Shown: one piece after another, positions 27,630 through 37,588 of the stretch
How the letters are laid out: each line of letters starts with the position of its first letter
How positions within the stretch are numbered: position 1 is the first letter of the stretch
Notes under the pieces: model-generated
Databases searched by the model: none
What the model was told of the DNA's origin: nothing
What the model saw: only the letters and a program-made list of their open reading frames with translations
DNA from: a candidate division WWE3 bacterium RIFCSPHIGHO2_02_FULL_38_14
GTDB taxonomy: Bacteria; Patescibacteriota; WWE3; UBA101185; UBA10185
DNA: 64,000 nt
Direction: 5' to 3'
Assembly: GCA_001772865.1 (NCBI GenBank)
Contig: MEVD01000014.1
Coordinates: forward strand, 2,214 to 66,213
Program-made: the position numbers and the translations under genes

Positions 27630-29924
27630 TTGTGTACAACAGCCTCATCAATTATACACAAACACCAGCCGGAAATGTATACTTTACTAATGCTGCCCGT
27701 TCATAGCATTAGAACCAAACTAATTCTGGCGTTCGTAATAATGTATTCAATTCCTATTGCTATTTTATCTTTTTCCTTCTACAAAGATTCATTTGATCTC
27801 AGCAAAGAGCAAAATTTAAACACTATAAGTAAAAATCTGAACACGGCGGAAAGCTCCTTGCAAAGCATCTTAAACAAAGCAAAAGAAGATTTAGTATCTT
27901 TAAGTTCTTTATCATCATTTAAAGAATATGCTCTGAACAATAATTCTCAGGAAAATGTGTATTCCGACGATTTGGCAAACGATTTATATTCATTTTTAAC
28001 CAATAAGAAAGCTTATAACAATTTTACTTTTATTGATTCTGCTGGTTTCGAAAAAATCAAAACTATTTACGAAGGAAACAAAACATATCTCATTCAAGAT
28101 TCGGATCTAATAAATGTTTACGATTCTAAATATTTTACCCGTTTAAAAGAAATCGCCAGCGATAAAGCCTACCTTTCAATTTCAGAAACCGGAGACTCAA
28201 TTTCAGTTTCAAAACTTATTAAAACGGCAGAAGGAAACTTTAAAGGAGTGATTTCATTAAGCTTAAAGTCCGCAGGTATTTTAGAGCTGCTTCAAATGAG
28301 CCAGCAATCAGGCGAACTTCTTATATTAATCAATGAAAAAGGCAGCTACATTTCACAAAATAAAAGCGGAGTTTCATCTGTTGCTAAGGATTTTCCGGAA
28401 TTTGTACAGTTGGTAAAAACAGGAACAAAAGGACAATTTTACAGTGATCAATTAAACAATTATATCACTTTTACTCATGCTAATCTTACTCAATTCACTA
28501 CTACTTCAGAAGAATCCTGGGTTCTGACAAGTGTAGTGGAAAAAGATAAAATCGAAAAAGATATCCGGGACTCATTAAATAAATCGTTTTTTTACATCGC
28601 TCCTTTACTATTAGTGGTTACTCTTTTTGCATTTTTATTAAGCGGTATTATTGCACATCCAATAAACCATTTTAAATCCACTGTTGAAGAAATTCTTCTT
28701 AAAGGAAATCTGGATAAAAAAGTAGACATTAATTCAAAAGATGAAATCGGATATTTAGCAGGAAAATTTAATGAGTTGTTAAGCAGACTTAAAGATTATT
28801 ACGATAATTTAGAGAAAAAGGTAAAAGAGAATACATTCGAAATTAAAAAATTTCAGCAGGCAGTAGAAGCATCTTCTGACGGCATTATTATCACGGATAC
28901 GGATGCAAAAATAATATATGTCAACCCTAAGTGGGAATCAATCACGGGATATAAATTAAGTGAAGTACATGGCAAAAATCCCAACATTTTCAAAAGTGAA
29001 AAAACCCATAGTCATGTATTTGAAGAAATGTGGAAAGCTTTGAAAAACAATAAAGATTTTTATACTGATGAATTAGTAAATAAAAGAAAAGACGGATCGG
29101 AATACAGTACTGAGCTTGCTGTTGCCCCAATAACAGAAAGCGGCAAAACATTATATTACGTTGGAATTACAACGGATATTACAAAAAGAAAAGAAGTAGA
29201 CCGCATGAAATCGGAATTCATTTCTCTGGCCTCGCACCAGCTTAGAACTCCATTGTCAGCAATGAGATGGTTTTTGGAAATGCTGTTGGACGGTGACGCG
29301 GGTGAACTTTCATCTGAACAAAGGGACTACGTTTCAAATGTTTATCAGGCAAACAGCAATATGATAGAACTTGTTAATGCTTTATTAAATGTTTCAAGAA
29401 TAGAATCCGGCAGAATTATAATTGATCCTATACCAACTGATTTATCGGAATTAATAAAATCCGTAGTTAATGAAACCAAAGTAAAATATACCGAGAAAAA
29501 ACAGAATATAATTATTAGCATTCACCACGATCTTCCGAAAATAAATCTGGATCCAAAGCTTATAAGACATGTATTCCTGAACTTAATAACTAACGCTATT
29601 AAATATTCACCCGAACGAGGTGAAATTCACATATTTGTATCTAAAAATGACAAAGAAGTACTGGTTCAAGTGAGCGACACAGGCTTCGGCATTCCTGAGA
29701 CCGAAAAGTCAAAAGTATTTCAAAAATTTTACAGAGGTTCAAATATTGTTAAATATGAAATCGAGGGAACCGGATTAGGATTATATTTGGCAAAAGCCAT
29801 TGTTGAGTCTTCAAAAGGAAAAATATGGTTTAAAAGCGAGGAAGGAAAGGGCACATCGTTCTGGGTTTCACTGCCACTGGTAGGAATGGAGCCGAAACAA
29901 GGTGAAGTTACCATCAGCTCATAA
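27630..29924 (+). CDS. Membrane sensor histidine kinase with extracytoplasmic sensor, HAMP-like and PAS domains
   Basis: TM helices; PAS region (ASSDGIIITD...GYKLSEVHGKNP); H-box HQLRTPLSAM; N-box NLITNAIKYS; G-boxes DTGFGIP and GTGLGLYLAK. The true start may be Met 27675. Confidence 0.85.
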   Translation: MCTTASSIIHKHQPEMYTLLMLPVHSIRTKLILAFVIMYSIPIAILSFSFYKDSFDLSKEQNLNTISKNLNTAESSLQSILNKAKEDLVSLSSLSSFKEYALNNNSQENVYSDDLANDLYSFLTNKKAYNNFTFIDSAGFEKIKTIYEGNKTYLIQDSDLINVYDSKYFTRLKEIASDKAYLSISETGDSISVSKLIKTAEGNFKGVISLSLKSAGILELLQMSQQSGELLILINEKGSYISQNKSGVSSVAKDFPEFVQLVKTGTKGQFYSDQLNNYITFTHANLTQFTTTSEESWVLTSVVEKDKIEKDIRDSLNKSFFYIAPLLLVVTLFAFLLSGIIAHPINHFKSTVEEILLKGNLDKKVDINSKDEIGYLAGKFNELLSRLKDYYDNLEKKVKENTFEIKKFQQAVEASSDGIIITDTDAKIIYVNPKWESITGYKLSEVHGKNPNIFKSEKTHSHVFEEMWKALKNNKDFYTDELVNKRKDGSEYSTELAVAPITESGKTLYYVGITTDITKRKEVDRMKSEFISLASHQLRTPLSAMRWFLEMLLDGDAGELSSEQRDYVSNVYQANSNMIELVNALLNVSRIESGRIIIDPIPTDLSELIKSVVNETKVKYTEKKQNIIISIHHDLPKINLDPKLIRHVFLNLITNAIKYSPERGEIHIFVSKNDKEVLVQVSDTGFGIPETEKSKVFQKFYRGSNIVKYEIEGTGLGLYLAKAIVESSKGKIWFKSEEGKGTSFWVSLPLVGMEPKQGEVTISS

Positions 29925-29969
29925 ATTCATTCCCTTGAACTTATTTGGTTTATTAAATATCATTAAAAC

Positions 29970-30356
29970 ATGCAAAAAGATAGTCCTACTATTATGGTAG
30001 TAGAAGACGAAAGCCTTTTGTTACAGGCAATCACAAAAAAACTCGATTTACATAAAATCAAGACTGTTTCATGTACAAGCGGTAACCAGGCATTGGACTA
30101 CTTGGAAAATTTCAAACAAATGCCGGATATAATCTGGCTCGATTATCACTTAAAAGACATGGACGGCCTGGAATTTATGAATAAATTGAAAATGAGAGAA
30201 AAGTGGAAAGATATACCTATAGTAGTGGTCAGCAATTCAGCTACCGACGAAAAAGTCCATAATATATTAGGGCTCGGTGCAAAAAAATATATCATTAAAG
30301 CAGAACACCGGCTTGATGATATAATAAAAATCGTACTCGAACTAATCTCGGACTAA
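29970..30356 (+). CDS. Stand-alone receiver domain protein
   Basis: IMVVEDE...DIIWLDYHLKDMDG...K. Confidence 0.8.
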   Translation: MQKDSPTIMVVEDESLLLQAITKKLDLHKIKTVSCTSGNQALDYLENFKQMPDIIWLDYHLKDMDGLEFMNKLKMREKWKDIPIVVVSNSATDEKVHNILGLGAKKYIIKAEHRLDDIIKIVLELISD

Positions 30357-30372
30357 TATAGTAAAATACCTT

Positions 30373-30750
30373 ATGCCTTTTAAAATTTTAGTAGCAGAAG
30401 ATGACAAATTCCTAGGCAAAGTATATAAAGCTAAATTTGTAAAAGAAGGATATGAAGTACAGTCGGCATCCGACGGAAATGAAGTATTTAATATTCTCCA
30501 AAACTTTATGCCGGACGTTATTCTTTTAGATTTAATAATGCCCATAAAAGACGGATTTATAACATTAAAAGAACTGAAATTAAATGACAAGTTTAAAAAC
30601 ATACCTGTTATAATAGCTTCAAACTTAGGACAAAAAGACGAAATAGAAAAAGGGTTGAATTTGGGGGCGGCTGACTACTTAGTAAAAAGCGATACAACAA
30701 TTGAAAAAGTGATCGAAAAAGTTAGAATGCATATAATAAATCGGGAGTAA
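30373..30750 (+). CDS. Stand-alone receiver domain protein
   Basis: ILVAEDD...DVILLDLIMPIKDGF. Confidence 0.8.
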   Translation: MPFKILVAEDDKFLGKVYKAKFVKEGYEVQSASDGNEVFNILQNFMPDVILLDLIMPIKDGFITLKELKLNDKFKNIPVIIASNLGQKDEIEKGLNLGAADYLVKSDTTIEKVIEKVRMHIINRE

Positions 30751-30751
30751 T

Positions 30752-31135
30752 ATGGTAAAAAACAATGACATTTTAATAGTAGAGGATGATATCGCGCTTA
30801 TCACAGCATTGAACAATAAATTCTCCGAAAGCGGATTTACTGTATATAAGGCTTATGACGGTGAAGAAGGATTAAATATTGCATACGAAAAACATCCCGA
30901 CATACTACTGTTAGACATATTAATACCAAAATTAGACGGAATCACCCTCCTCTCAAAATTAAGAGAAGATGAATGGGGGAGTAAGGTACCGGTAGTAATT
31001 ATGTCAAATCTAAGTTTTTCAGAATATGAAATAAATGCTTGCAATAAATATAAAGTAAAAAAATACTTGACCAAAGCCGACTGGGACATTAACAAAATAG
31101 AAGAAGAAGTGGAAAAATATATTTTAAAAGCTTAG
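30752..31135 (+). CDS. Stand-alone receiver domain protein
   Basis: ILIVEDD...DILLLDILIPKLDGI. Confidence 0.8.
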   Translation: MVKNNDILIVEDDIALITALNNKFSESGFTVYKAYDGEEGLNIAYEKHPDILLLDILIPKLDGITLLSKLREDEWGSKVPVVIMSNLSFSEYEINACNKYKVKKYLTKADWDINKIEEEVEKYILKA

Positions 31136-31537
31136 TTACTGCTTATTTAATAGCCATTTGATTTTTTCATTAAGGTATTCCATATTCAAATCGTGTTTAT
31201 AAATATAGTCTTTAACACCCATCTTTACGGCCATATCAATTTTATCCTGATCTCCTAAGTTTGAAACCACAAGAATAGGTATTTTTTTTGTAGATTCCTG
31301 ATTATGCAGAATTTCCATTATGGAAAACCCGTCTAGTCCGGGAAGAATAATATCTAAAATAATTAATTCTGGATTGAAATCACTTATTGCCGACAACACA
31401 TTATCTCCGCGAGATTCAATCCGGATATTATACCCACAGCCACGCAGAAATTTTTCGTATGTTGAAGCCAATTCTATATCGTCTTCAACAATAAGTATTT
31501 TATTCATTTTCAGCGCCTGTATATTTTGTTCTGTCAT
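31136..31537 (-). CDS. Stand-alone receiver domain protein, last gene of the epimerase-GT2 operon
   Basis: ILIVEDD...ELIILDIILPGLDGF. Its start overlaps the GT2 stop. Confidence 0.8.
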   Translation of the reverse strand: MTEQNIQALKMNKILIVEDDIELASTYEKFLRGCGYNIRIESRGDNVLSAISDFNPELIILDIILPGLDGFSIMEILHNQESTKKIPILVVSNLGDQDKIDMAVKMGVKDYIYKHDLNMEYLNEKIKWLLNKQ

Positions 31538-32505
31538 CTTTTAGAAACTGTCCTAATAACGTAGGTTTTTCTGTTTGAAGATTCAAAATAGACTCTAAGC
31601 ATAAGTTCTCCAAGCATGCCCATCATCATGGACTGGATTCCTACTATTATCATTAATACTGAAACTATTAACAAGGGCCTGTTTCCAATACTATATCCGA
31701 GCAGTTTTAAAATTGCCAGATAAATGCCTATTAAACCTCCTAAGCCTGTTATTACCGCTCCAGTAAAAGAAAATAATCTTCCGGGCATGGATCTGAACGG
31801 CTTCTTAGCAAAATACAGCAAAAACGCCAAGGTCAGAAGATCCAACACCACTTTAATCGTTCTTTTGTGTCCTTTATAAGCCGACACTCCAAAATCCCTG
31901 TCTTTAAATTCCACGTCGAATTCAGTCATTTTAGCCCCGTATACTGTTAAGTAATCGGGAATAAACCTGTGCATCTCTCCATAAAGCTTTAAATTATCCA
32001 CCAATACCTTTGTAAAACCTTTCATTCCCGAGCCTCTGTCCTGCATAGAAACTCCCGAAATTCTACTTATTAACTCATTCGCTTTTTGGCTTTTTTGAGC
32101 TCTTTCCGCTTCTTCCGAACCCCAGCGTCCCACTCTGTTTGTATTCACAAAATCGTATCCTTCCTCCAGATACTCTAAAACCCTGTTTACATTTTCGATA
32201 GGGATTTCTAAATCAGCAGACACCGTTACAATGTAATCTCCTTTTGAGGAGTCGAATCCCGCCTGGTAAGCGGCGCTCTGGCCGAAATTTGTCATTAAGT
32301 TTATACCGGTTATATTTGGATATTTTTCCGAGTATTCCCCGATAACTTTCCAAGTATTGTCTTTACTTCCGTCATTTACTGCTATGAACTCAAAATCGAA
32401 TTTATGGTTTTTTGAGAGCTCCAAAACGGCTTCTAGAGTTCTGTCTATATTTTTTTCTTCGTTAAAGCAGGGAATGACAACTGATACAAGTTTTTTTTGA
32501 AACAT
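31534..32505 (-). CDS. GT2 polyprenyl-phosphate glycosyltransferase (GtrB/ArnC/DPM-synthase-like) with C-terminal TM helices
   Basis: VSVVIPCFNEE...AVNDGSKDNT DxD-type GT2 N-terminus; two C-terminal TM helices. Confidence 0.8.
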   Translation of the reverse strand: MFQKKLVSVVIPCFNEEKNIDRTLEAVLELSKNHKFDFEFIAVNDGSKDNTWKVIGEYSEKYPNITGINLMTNFGQSAAYQAGFDSSKGDYIVTVSADLEIPIENVNRVLEYLEEGYDFVNTNRVGRWGSEEAERAQKSQKANELISRISGVSMQDRGSGMKGFTKVLVDNLKLYGEMHRFIPDYLTVYGAKMTEFDVEFKDRDFGVSAYKGHKRTIKVVLDLLTLAFLLYFAKKPFRSMPGRLFSFTGAVITGLGGLIGIYLAILKLLGYSIGNRPLLIVSVLMIIVGIQSMMMGMLGELMLRVYFESSNRKTYVIRTVSKR

Positions 32506-32525
32506 AATTTAAACCTTTCAGGCAG

Positions 32526-33605
32526 TTAAACCTTCTCCATAGTTTTATACCATTCAGGCATAAGTTTGAAAACATCTACTTGCCTTTTTACACCTTCGTA
32601 CATATTCATTTTAGGACTATAATTTAACATTTTTTGCGCTTTGGAAATATCGGCGCTCGATACAACATCTGAAGTATCAACTTCTACAACTTCCGCCTCG
32701 AGCTTCTTGCCGAAGGCGGTTTCTACAGATTCTATCCAAGTCTGGATTTGAAGCGGCTCGGAAGTACCTGTATTAAATACATCAAATAAAAAATTGCTGT
32801 CAAGACATTCCAATATTCCCTCAACCTGATCATCTATATATGTACTGTCTTTAGCTGTCTTCAGCCCGTATTTTCCGTAAACTTTTATTTTCTTCCCATT
32901 GTATGTGTAATTAACCGCCCGCTGGTGAAACATTCCATAGGGTCTTTGCAACGGTCCATAAATAGGACCGAATATCCTGTCAATTACCACCGGAAGACCG
33001 AATATTACATTAAATGCGTGGCATATAACTTCTCCAGCAACTTTGCTAGCGCCATAAACAGACACAGCCTTGGAAACGTCATCCTGCTCGGTCACTTTTT
33101 TATCTTCTCTATTTCCGTAAACTGAAGACGAAGAACCGAAAACAAATTTTCTAATGTTGTAATCTTTTGAGAGGGTTAAAAGATTTGTAGTACCATCAAC
33201 ATTTACATAAGTATATATTCTCGGGTTTTTAGTAGAATAGGGAACTCCTGCCATAGCAGCCAAATGAATTACCGCTTCCGGTTTTTCCTTTTCAAACAAC
33301 CCGTTTAAGAAATCATAATCCGTAATATCACCTTCATAAAATGTAAATGTCCCGGGCTTATCTTCTTTTTTTCCGCCGTAGTAATCTTCCAGTTTATCAA
33401 AAACCGGACGGATCTCGGATTCTTCAAATATTTGAGGAGCCTGCAGGTCGGAAAGCCGAGTTAAATCCACATTAAATTCTTTGCAATTTCTCGGGTAATA
33501 GTCATTAAAATTATCCAGACCGACCACATTATCCCCGCGCCAAACTAAAGCTCTGGAAATATAACTACCTATAAAACCTGCCGCACCCGTAACTAAAACT
33601 TTCAT
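32526..33605 (-). CDS. NAD-dependent nucleotide-sugar epimerase/dehydratase (extended SDR)
   Basis: MKVLVTGAAGFIGS Rossmann motif and catalytic YGASK. Confidence 0.8.
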   Translation of the reverse strand: MKVLVTGAAGFIGSYISRALVWRGDNVVGLDNFNDYYPRNCKEFNVDLTRLSDLQAPQIFEESEIRPVFDKLEDYYGGKKEDKPGTFTFYEGDITDYDFLNGLFEKEKPEAVIHLAAMAGVPYSTKNPRIYTYVNVDGTTNLLTLSKDYNIRKFVFGSSSSVYGNREDKKVTEQDDVSKAVSVYGASKVAGEVICHAFNVIFGLPVVIDRIFGPIYGPLQRPYGMFHQRAVNYTYNGKKIKVYGKYGLKTAKDSTYIDDQVEGILECLDSNFLFDVFNTGTSEPLQIQTWIESVETAFGKKLEAEVVEVDTSDVVSSADISKAQKMLNYSPKMNMYEGVKRQVDVFKLMPEWYKTMEKV

Positions 33606-33636
33606 AATATTTAAAGGAATTATACAATTTTAAGCT

Positions 33637-33990
33637 TCATAAGTCTTTTTTTAGTGTAAAATTAGGCTCTTGGCCGTAGTCCGGATAATCAAGTTCATTA
33701 ATATTTTTTATATTCAGCGCCCAATTAAAAATATTTGTAATAGCCGCGCCTATTTTTAATCCTGTAAACGATGGTCCGGGTCCTAAGTTGCAGCTAAATT
33801 CTGTAATATCTTCCGGTTTTAAGTGGTTTTTTATCAAAATTCTTTTCACCGCGTCAACTACATCAAAATCACCATAAACAGAATCTACTACAATAGCCGA
33901 TTCCGACTTTAATAATTTAATAGTTTTTGTATATCTGTCCGATGTATCAAGGTAGATTCTGTACATTAATTTTCCTTTCATTTTCATCAA
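33637..33990 (-). CDS. tsaB: tRNA t6A biosynthesis protein TsaB (YeaZ), short form, 117 aa
   Basis: IYLDTSDRY and NLGPGPSFTGLKIG (cf. GPGSFTGLRIG). Confidence 0.7.
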   Translation of the reverse strand: MMKMKGKLMYRIYLDTSDRYTKTIKLLKSESAIVVDSVYGDFDVVDAVKRILIKNHLKPEDITEFSCNLGPGPSFTGLKIGAAITNIFNWALNIKNINELDYPDYGQEPNFTLKKDL

Positions 33991-34378
33991 TTATTTCAAA
34001 AATTATTTTTAAGGTATTTTCAGGTAAATAGCCTTCTGCCAGCTCAGGCCATTCAATTATATTCAGAGTGTTTTTTTCATTTAATATTTCCTCAATTCCT
34101 AAATCCGCTATTTCATCAGCATCCGACAATCTGTAAAGGTCTATATGATTTATATTCTCTATGCCGTTCATATTACATTTGTATCTTCTGATTAACACAA
34201 AAGTTGGGCTTTGAATTCGGGAAGTAGAGTTTAATGCTCTCGTTAAATATTGCGTAAAAGTAGTTTTTCCTGATCCCAGGCCGCCGTAAAGAGCTAGAAC
34301 ATTACCCGGCCGCATTTTTTCGGCTACACTGAAAGCCAGTTTTTTAGTATCTTCGGTAGTTTTGGATAAGATTTCCAT
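33947..34378 (-). CDS. tsaE: tRNA t6A biosynthesis ATPase TsaE (YjeE)
   Basis: P-loop GGLGSGKTT and HIDLYRL motif. Overlaps tsaB by 44 nt. Confidence 0.8.
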   Translation of the reverse strand: MEILSKTTEDTKKLAFSVAEKMRPGNVLALYGGLGSGKTTFTQYLTRALNSTSRIQSPTFVLIRRYKCNMNGIENINHIDLYRLSDADEIADLGIEEILNEKNTLNIIEWPELAEGYLPENTLKIIFEIIDENERKINVQNLP

Positions 34379-34695
34379 ATTAATAGAGCAGCGGCAGATG
34401 CCGACAAAGTATCATTTAATAAATCTTTCAAGCTTGCTGACCTTCCAAAGACAAAAGTCTGATGATACTCATCAGTAACAGCATATATAAAAGATATTAA
34501 AACCGCAATAAAAGGATTCTTTATGGCTCTGTATAAACAGACTGACAATACAAAAAACATCCAAAAATGACCGACTATATGAATTTCATCTTTGTCTAGC
34601 CCAACTTGTTTTAATTGAGGCCCAGTCTGTGATGACAACCAGAATATAAACAATCCGGTTAATAAAGCCGGCAACCATCTTAAAACAACACGCAT
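34324..34695 (-). CDS. VanZ-like family membrane protein
   Basis: 4 TM helices; AVTDEYHQTFVFGRSASLKDLLNDTLSA matches the VanZ consensus. Confidence 0.6.
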   Translation of the reverse strand: MRVVLRWLPALLTGLFIFWLSSQTGPQLKQVGLDKDEIHIVGHFWMFFVLSVCLYRAIKNPFIAVLISFIYAVTDEYHQTFVFGRSASLKDLLNDTLSASAAALLIWKSYPKLPKILKNWLSV

Positions 34696-34728
34696 TTGCT
34701 AATTTTAACATAGCAGGTTTAAATACTA

Positions 34729-35247
34729 TTATTCGGAAATCCGGCTCAAGATATTTACGTTAACTTTTTTAATATACTCCTTATATTCATAGGCAGACCA
34801 AAAATATAACTTATTAGTTATGTATTTATTTCCGTTATTTATATTTAAAAGCTCAAAGCTTAAAATTATTTTCTTAAATTCCAGATCATGAACTCTTAAC
34901 AAAACAAACGGAATGTTTTTAATATTTAAATTCCAATTATTCGAAAATTTATCCCATCGCTGCTCTTTAAAATCATAAAATTCCACCAATCCTCCAGTTA
35001 CTTTAGGCCGGATTAATAACTGCGACATGGGTTTTTCAGCAAATTCCACTTTTGAAGAGATATTTTTGTAGAGTAGGGGAGTAGTTTGTTTTATTTTATA
35101 CTGGTAAAAATATTCGTCTGAATAGACATTATTAACCAAATTAAATTTAATATTTAAAAAACAAAAATTAACCGATAAATACAGAAGTGGAATCAATAGG
35201 AATAAATTCCGTAATGCGGTTTTATATAGTCTATATGGATTTCTCAC
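34729..35247 (-). CDS. Hypothetical membrane-anchored protein
   Basis: N-terminal TM helix; no motifs recognised. Confidence 0.45.
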   Translation of the reverse strand: MRNPYRLYKTALRNLFLLIPLLYLSVNFCFLNIKFNLVNNVYSDEYFYQYKIKQTTPLLYKNISSKVEFAEKPMSQLLIRPKVTGGLVEFYDFKEQRWDKFSNNWNLNIKNIPFVLLRVHDLEFKKIILSFELLNINNGNKYITNKLYFWSAYEYKEYIKKVNVNILSRISE

Positions 35248-35327
35248 ATAAAAAATTTATCAGGCAATCACTTGCCGGTATATTAGAAATATTCTATTTT
35301 AAACGGAATATTTTAAAAGTAATGGGT

Positions 35328-36593
35328 TTACCTCAAATGCCAATAAAGAGTCATATAGTCGTCATCGTGAAATATGAAAACGCCGTTACCTCCATCGCCC
35401 AAACAGTTTCGGCAAAAATAAGCATCTCCGTTGTCTGCCGCATATACCGGAGAACCATAAGAGCCGTACATATCATATGCGGGGTGGGGCTTTCCTCCAT
35501 AGTATAGGTTGGAATAACAGGTTTTGCCAAAACCCTGGGAAATTGTTGGATTAGACATGGGCCAATTCCAATCACCCTTTCCTATATCTTTGTATCCTTC
35601 TGATGAACATCCGTCATCCCAATAAACAGATTTATCCTTTAGTTTTTTAGCCGGATCCACATAATTAGAGTAATACCAGTTCCACCCGTCTATTTCTTCA
35701 AATGAGGAATATTTATAAACCCCAAAATGCAGATGGTCACCGGTAGAAAATCCTGTATTACCCTGAATCCCGATTATCTCGCCTTTCTTAACTTTTTTAG
35801 ATTCCTGATTTTTAAGAACACTGACGGCGTTCAATATTTGGTTTAATTCTTTTTTGGCCTCATCGAGAATCTGTTGATACTTTGCTTCATCATTTTGTGT
35901 ATCTTCCAGCAGTTTCTTCTTTTCATTTTTCTGGCCTGCAAGTCTGTTGTTGTACACTTCTAAATTTACCTTTTCCGCTATTAATTGCTGCCTTAAAGTT
36001 TCTTCTTTCTTTTTCGACTCTTCATATAATGTCTTCTGTTTATCGAAATTGTCTTTGGTCTGGTTCATCTGGTCAATCAGCTTTCTATCCTGACCCTCCA
36101 TAACACTCAAATATTCCGCTTTTTGAACAGCAGTATTAAAGCTTTCTGATCCGAAAATAATTATAAAAGGGGAAGTCTCAACTGTTTTATATCTCTCCCG
36201 GATCCTCTGGTCCAATACTTTTTGCTGATAATCAATGGATATTTTTAGCTTATCTATTCTAATTCCTAAATCTTCAATATTTCCGGCTAGTTCATTTATT
36301 TGATCTTCTTTTTCACTTATTTTTTGAACTGAATTTTGAATCCGCAGTAATGTTAAATTTATCTGATTGTCGAAATACGCAATTTCTCCTGATAGAGTCT
36401 TCTCCTGCTCCTGCAAGTTATCAAGTTCATCTTCACACTTATTTATAATCTCTTGTAGTTCCTCGCCTGTATATTCTTTATCATCTACAGACCGGCATTT
36501 TACACTGGCAAATACGTCAACTATGAAAATATCTGTATTCAGCAAAACACTAAACGCTATTAAAAGTAAAAACAAGCGTATTATATTTTTCAT
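35328..36593 (-). CDS. EnvC-like coiled-coil / M23 (LytM) peptidase-domain protein, with M23 motifs in permuted order
   Basis: Signal/TM at the N-terminus, then a long coiled coil. Then ...KKGEIIGIQGNTGFSTGDHLHFGVY (M23 C-terminal HxH half). About 75 aa later comes HPAYDMYGSYGSPVYAADNGDA...GNGVFIFHDDDYMTLYWHL (M23 N-terminal HxxxD half), at the very C-terminus. Confidence 0.7.
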   Translation of the reverse strand: MKNIIRLFLLLIAFSVLLNTDIFIVDVFASVKCRSVDDKEYTGEELQEIINKCEDELDNLQEQEKTLSGEIAYFDNQINLTLLRIQNSVQKISEKEDQINELAGNIEDLGIRIDKLKISIDYQQKVLDQRIRERYKTVETSPFIIIFGSESFNTAVQKAEYLSVMEGQDRKLIDQMNQTKDNFDKQKTLYEESKKKEETLRQQLIAEKVNLEVYNNRLAGQKNEKKKLLEDTQNDEAKYQQILDEAKKELNQILNAVSVLKNQESKKVKKGEIIGIQGNTGFSTGDHLHFGVYKYSSFEEIDGWNWYYSNYVDPAKKLKDKSVYWDDGCSSEGYKDIGKGDWNWPMSNPTISQGFGKTCYSNLYYGGKPHPAYDMYGSYGSPVYAADNGDAYFCRNCLGDGGNGVFIFHDDDYMTLYWHLR

Positions 36594-36646
36594 AATTTTG
36601 TTAAAAATTACTTTATACCAATAAAATCATTTAGTAGTTTGAATCT

Positions 36647-37588
36647 TTAATATTTCAAATATTTCTTTACAGCTACAGAACTGCCTACAAATCCAAGCAG
36701 GATACCGGAAAGTAATAAAACGAGAACTAAGACTATTATATAAACCACTGTTTCCAGTTTGGCTCCGGATATAAAAAAGAAAGCTACCTTTGAAGGCAAA
36801 ATACCGGAGGAAACACCGCCCCATGAAAGCAAAGAAAGCAGTACCGAGGACACAAATGCTGAAATAAATCCGAATAAAGTTCCCTGAAACACCAAAGGTG
36901 CTTTAACATATTTATCGGATGCTCCTACAAGTTTTAACACTTCCAGTTCCGACCCTTTGGAACTAATTGTAAGTCTTATTGTGACCACGACAACAGAATA
37001 TGAAACTACTACAAAAAGAATCGCGAGCACCAATCCAATCACATAAACGGCGCTGCTCCAAGATATAAACCTATCAATTACATCTTTATAAAATTTAACT
37101 TCCTCAACTCCCTCCCCACCTTCCAATTCAGAAACCAAACCCGATAAATCAGACAATTCTTTAGTTTTTATTTCCAGGCTTGCAGGCAGAATATTTTTTG
37201 ATATGGATTCTAAAAGCACCGGCTGATCTTTATTGATTTCCGTGAAAATTCTGTAAGCATCTTCTTTGGATACATACTTAATTTCCATAATTCTTTCATC
37301 TTTTTCTAATTCCAATTTCATGTTCAAAATCTGATCCTCTAGAAATTCGTCTTTAAAAAACACAGTAAGCTGCGCCTGCTCTTCCAGTGACCTTAATGCC
37401 GTCTGGGAAAGGGTAACTATATTTAAAAACATCCCCAAAACCAAAAACGTCACGGTCATAATTACCAGATTAGAAACTGCCAGCAATTTTTCCCTTTTAA
37501 TATTAACCAAGAAGTTTTGCCATAATTTGCCCATAATAGCGTCCGCCTTTCTTATCTGACATAATTTTTCCTTCTTCAATTCTAACAA
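36647..37588 (-). CDS. ftsX: Cell division permease FtsX
   Basis: 4-TM topology with a large extracytoplasmic loop. Sits downstream of ftsE. The true start is probably Met at 37534 (MGKLWQNF...). Confidence 0.75.
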   Translation of the reverse strand: MLELKKEKLCQIRKADAIMGKLWQNFLVNIKREKLLAVSNLVIMTVTFLVLGMFLNIVTLSQTALRSLEEQAQLTVFFKDEFLEDQILNMKLELEKDERIMEIKYVSKEDAYRIFTEINKDQPVLLESISKNILPASLEIKTKELSDLSGLVSELEGGEGVEEVKFYKDVIDRFISWSSAVYVIGLVLAILFVVVSYSVVVVTIRLTISSKGSELEVLKLVGASDKYVKAPLVFQGTLFGFISAFVSSVLLSLLSWGGVSSGILPSKVAFFFISGAKLETVVYIIVLVLVLLLSGILLGFVGSSVAVKKYLKY

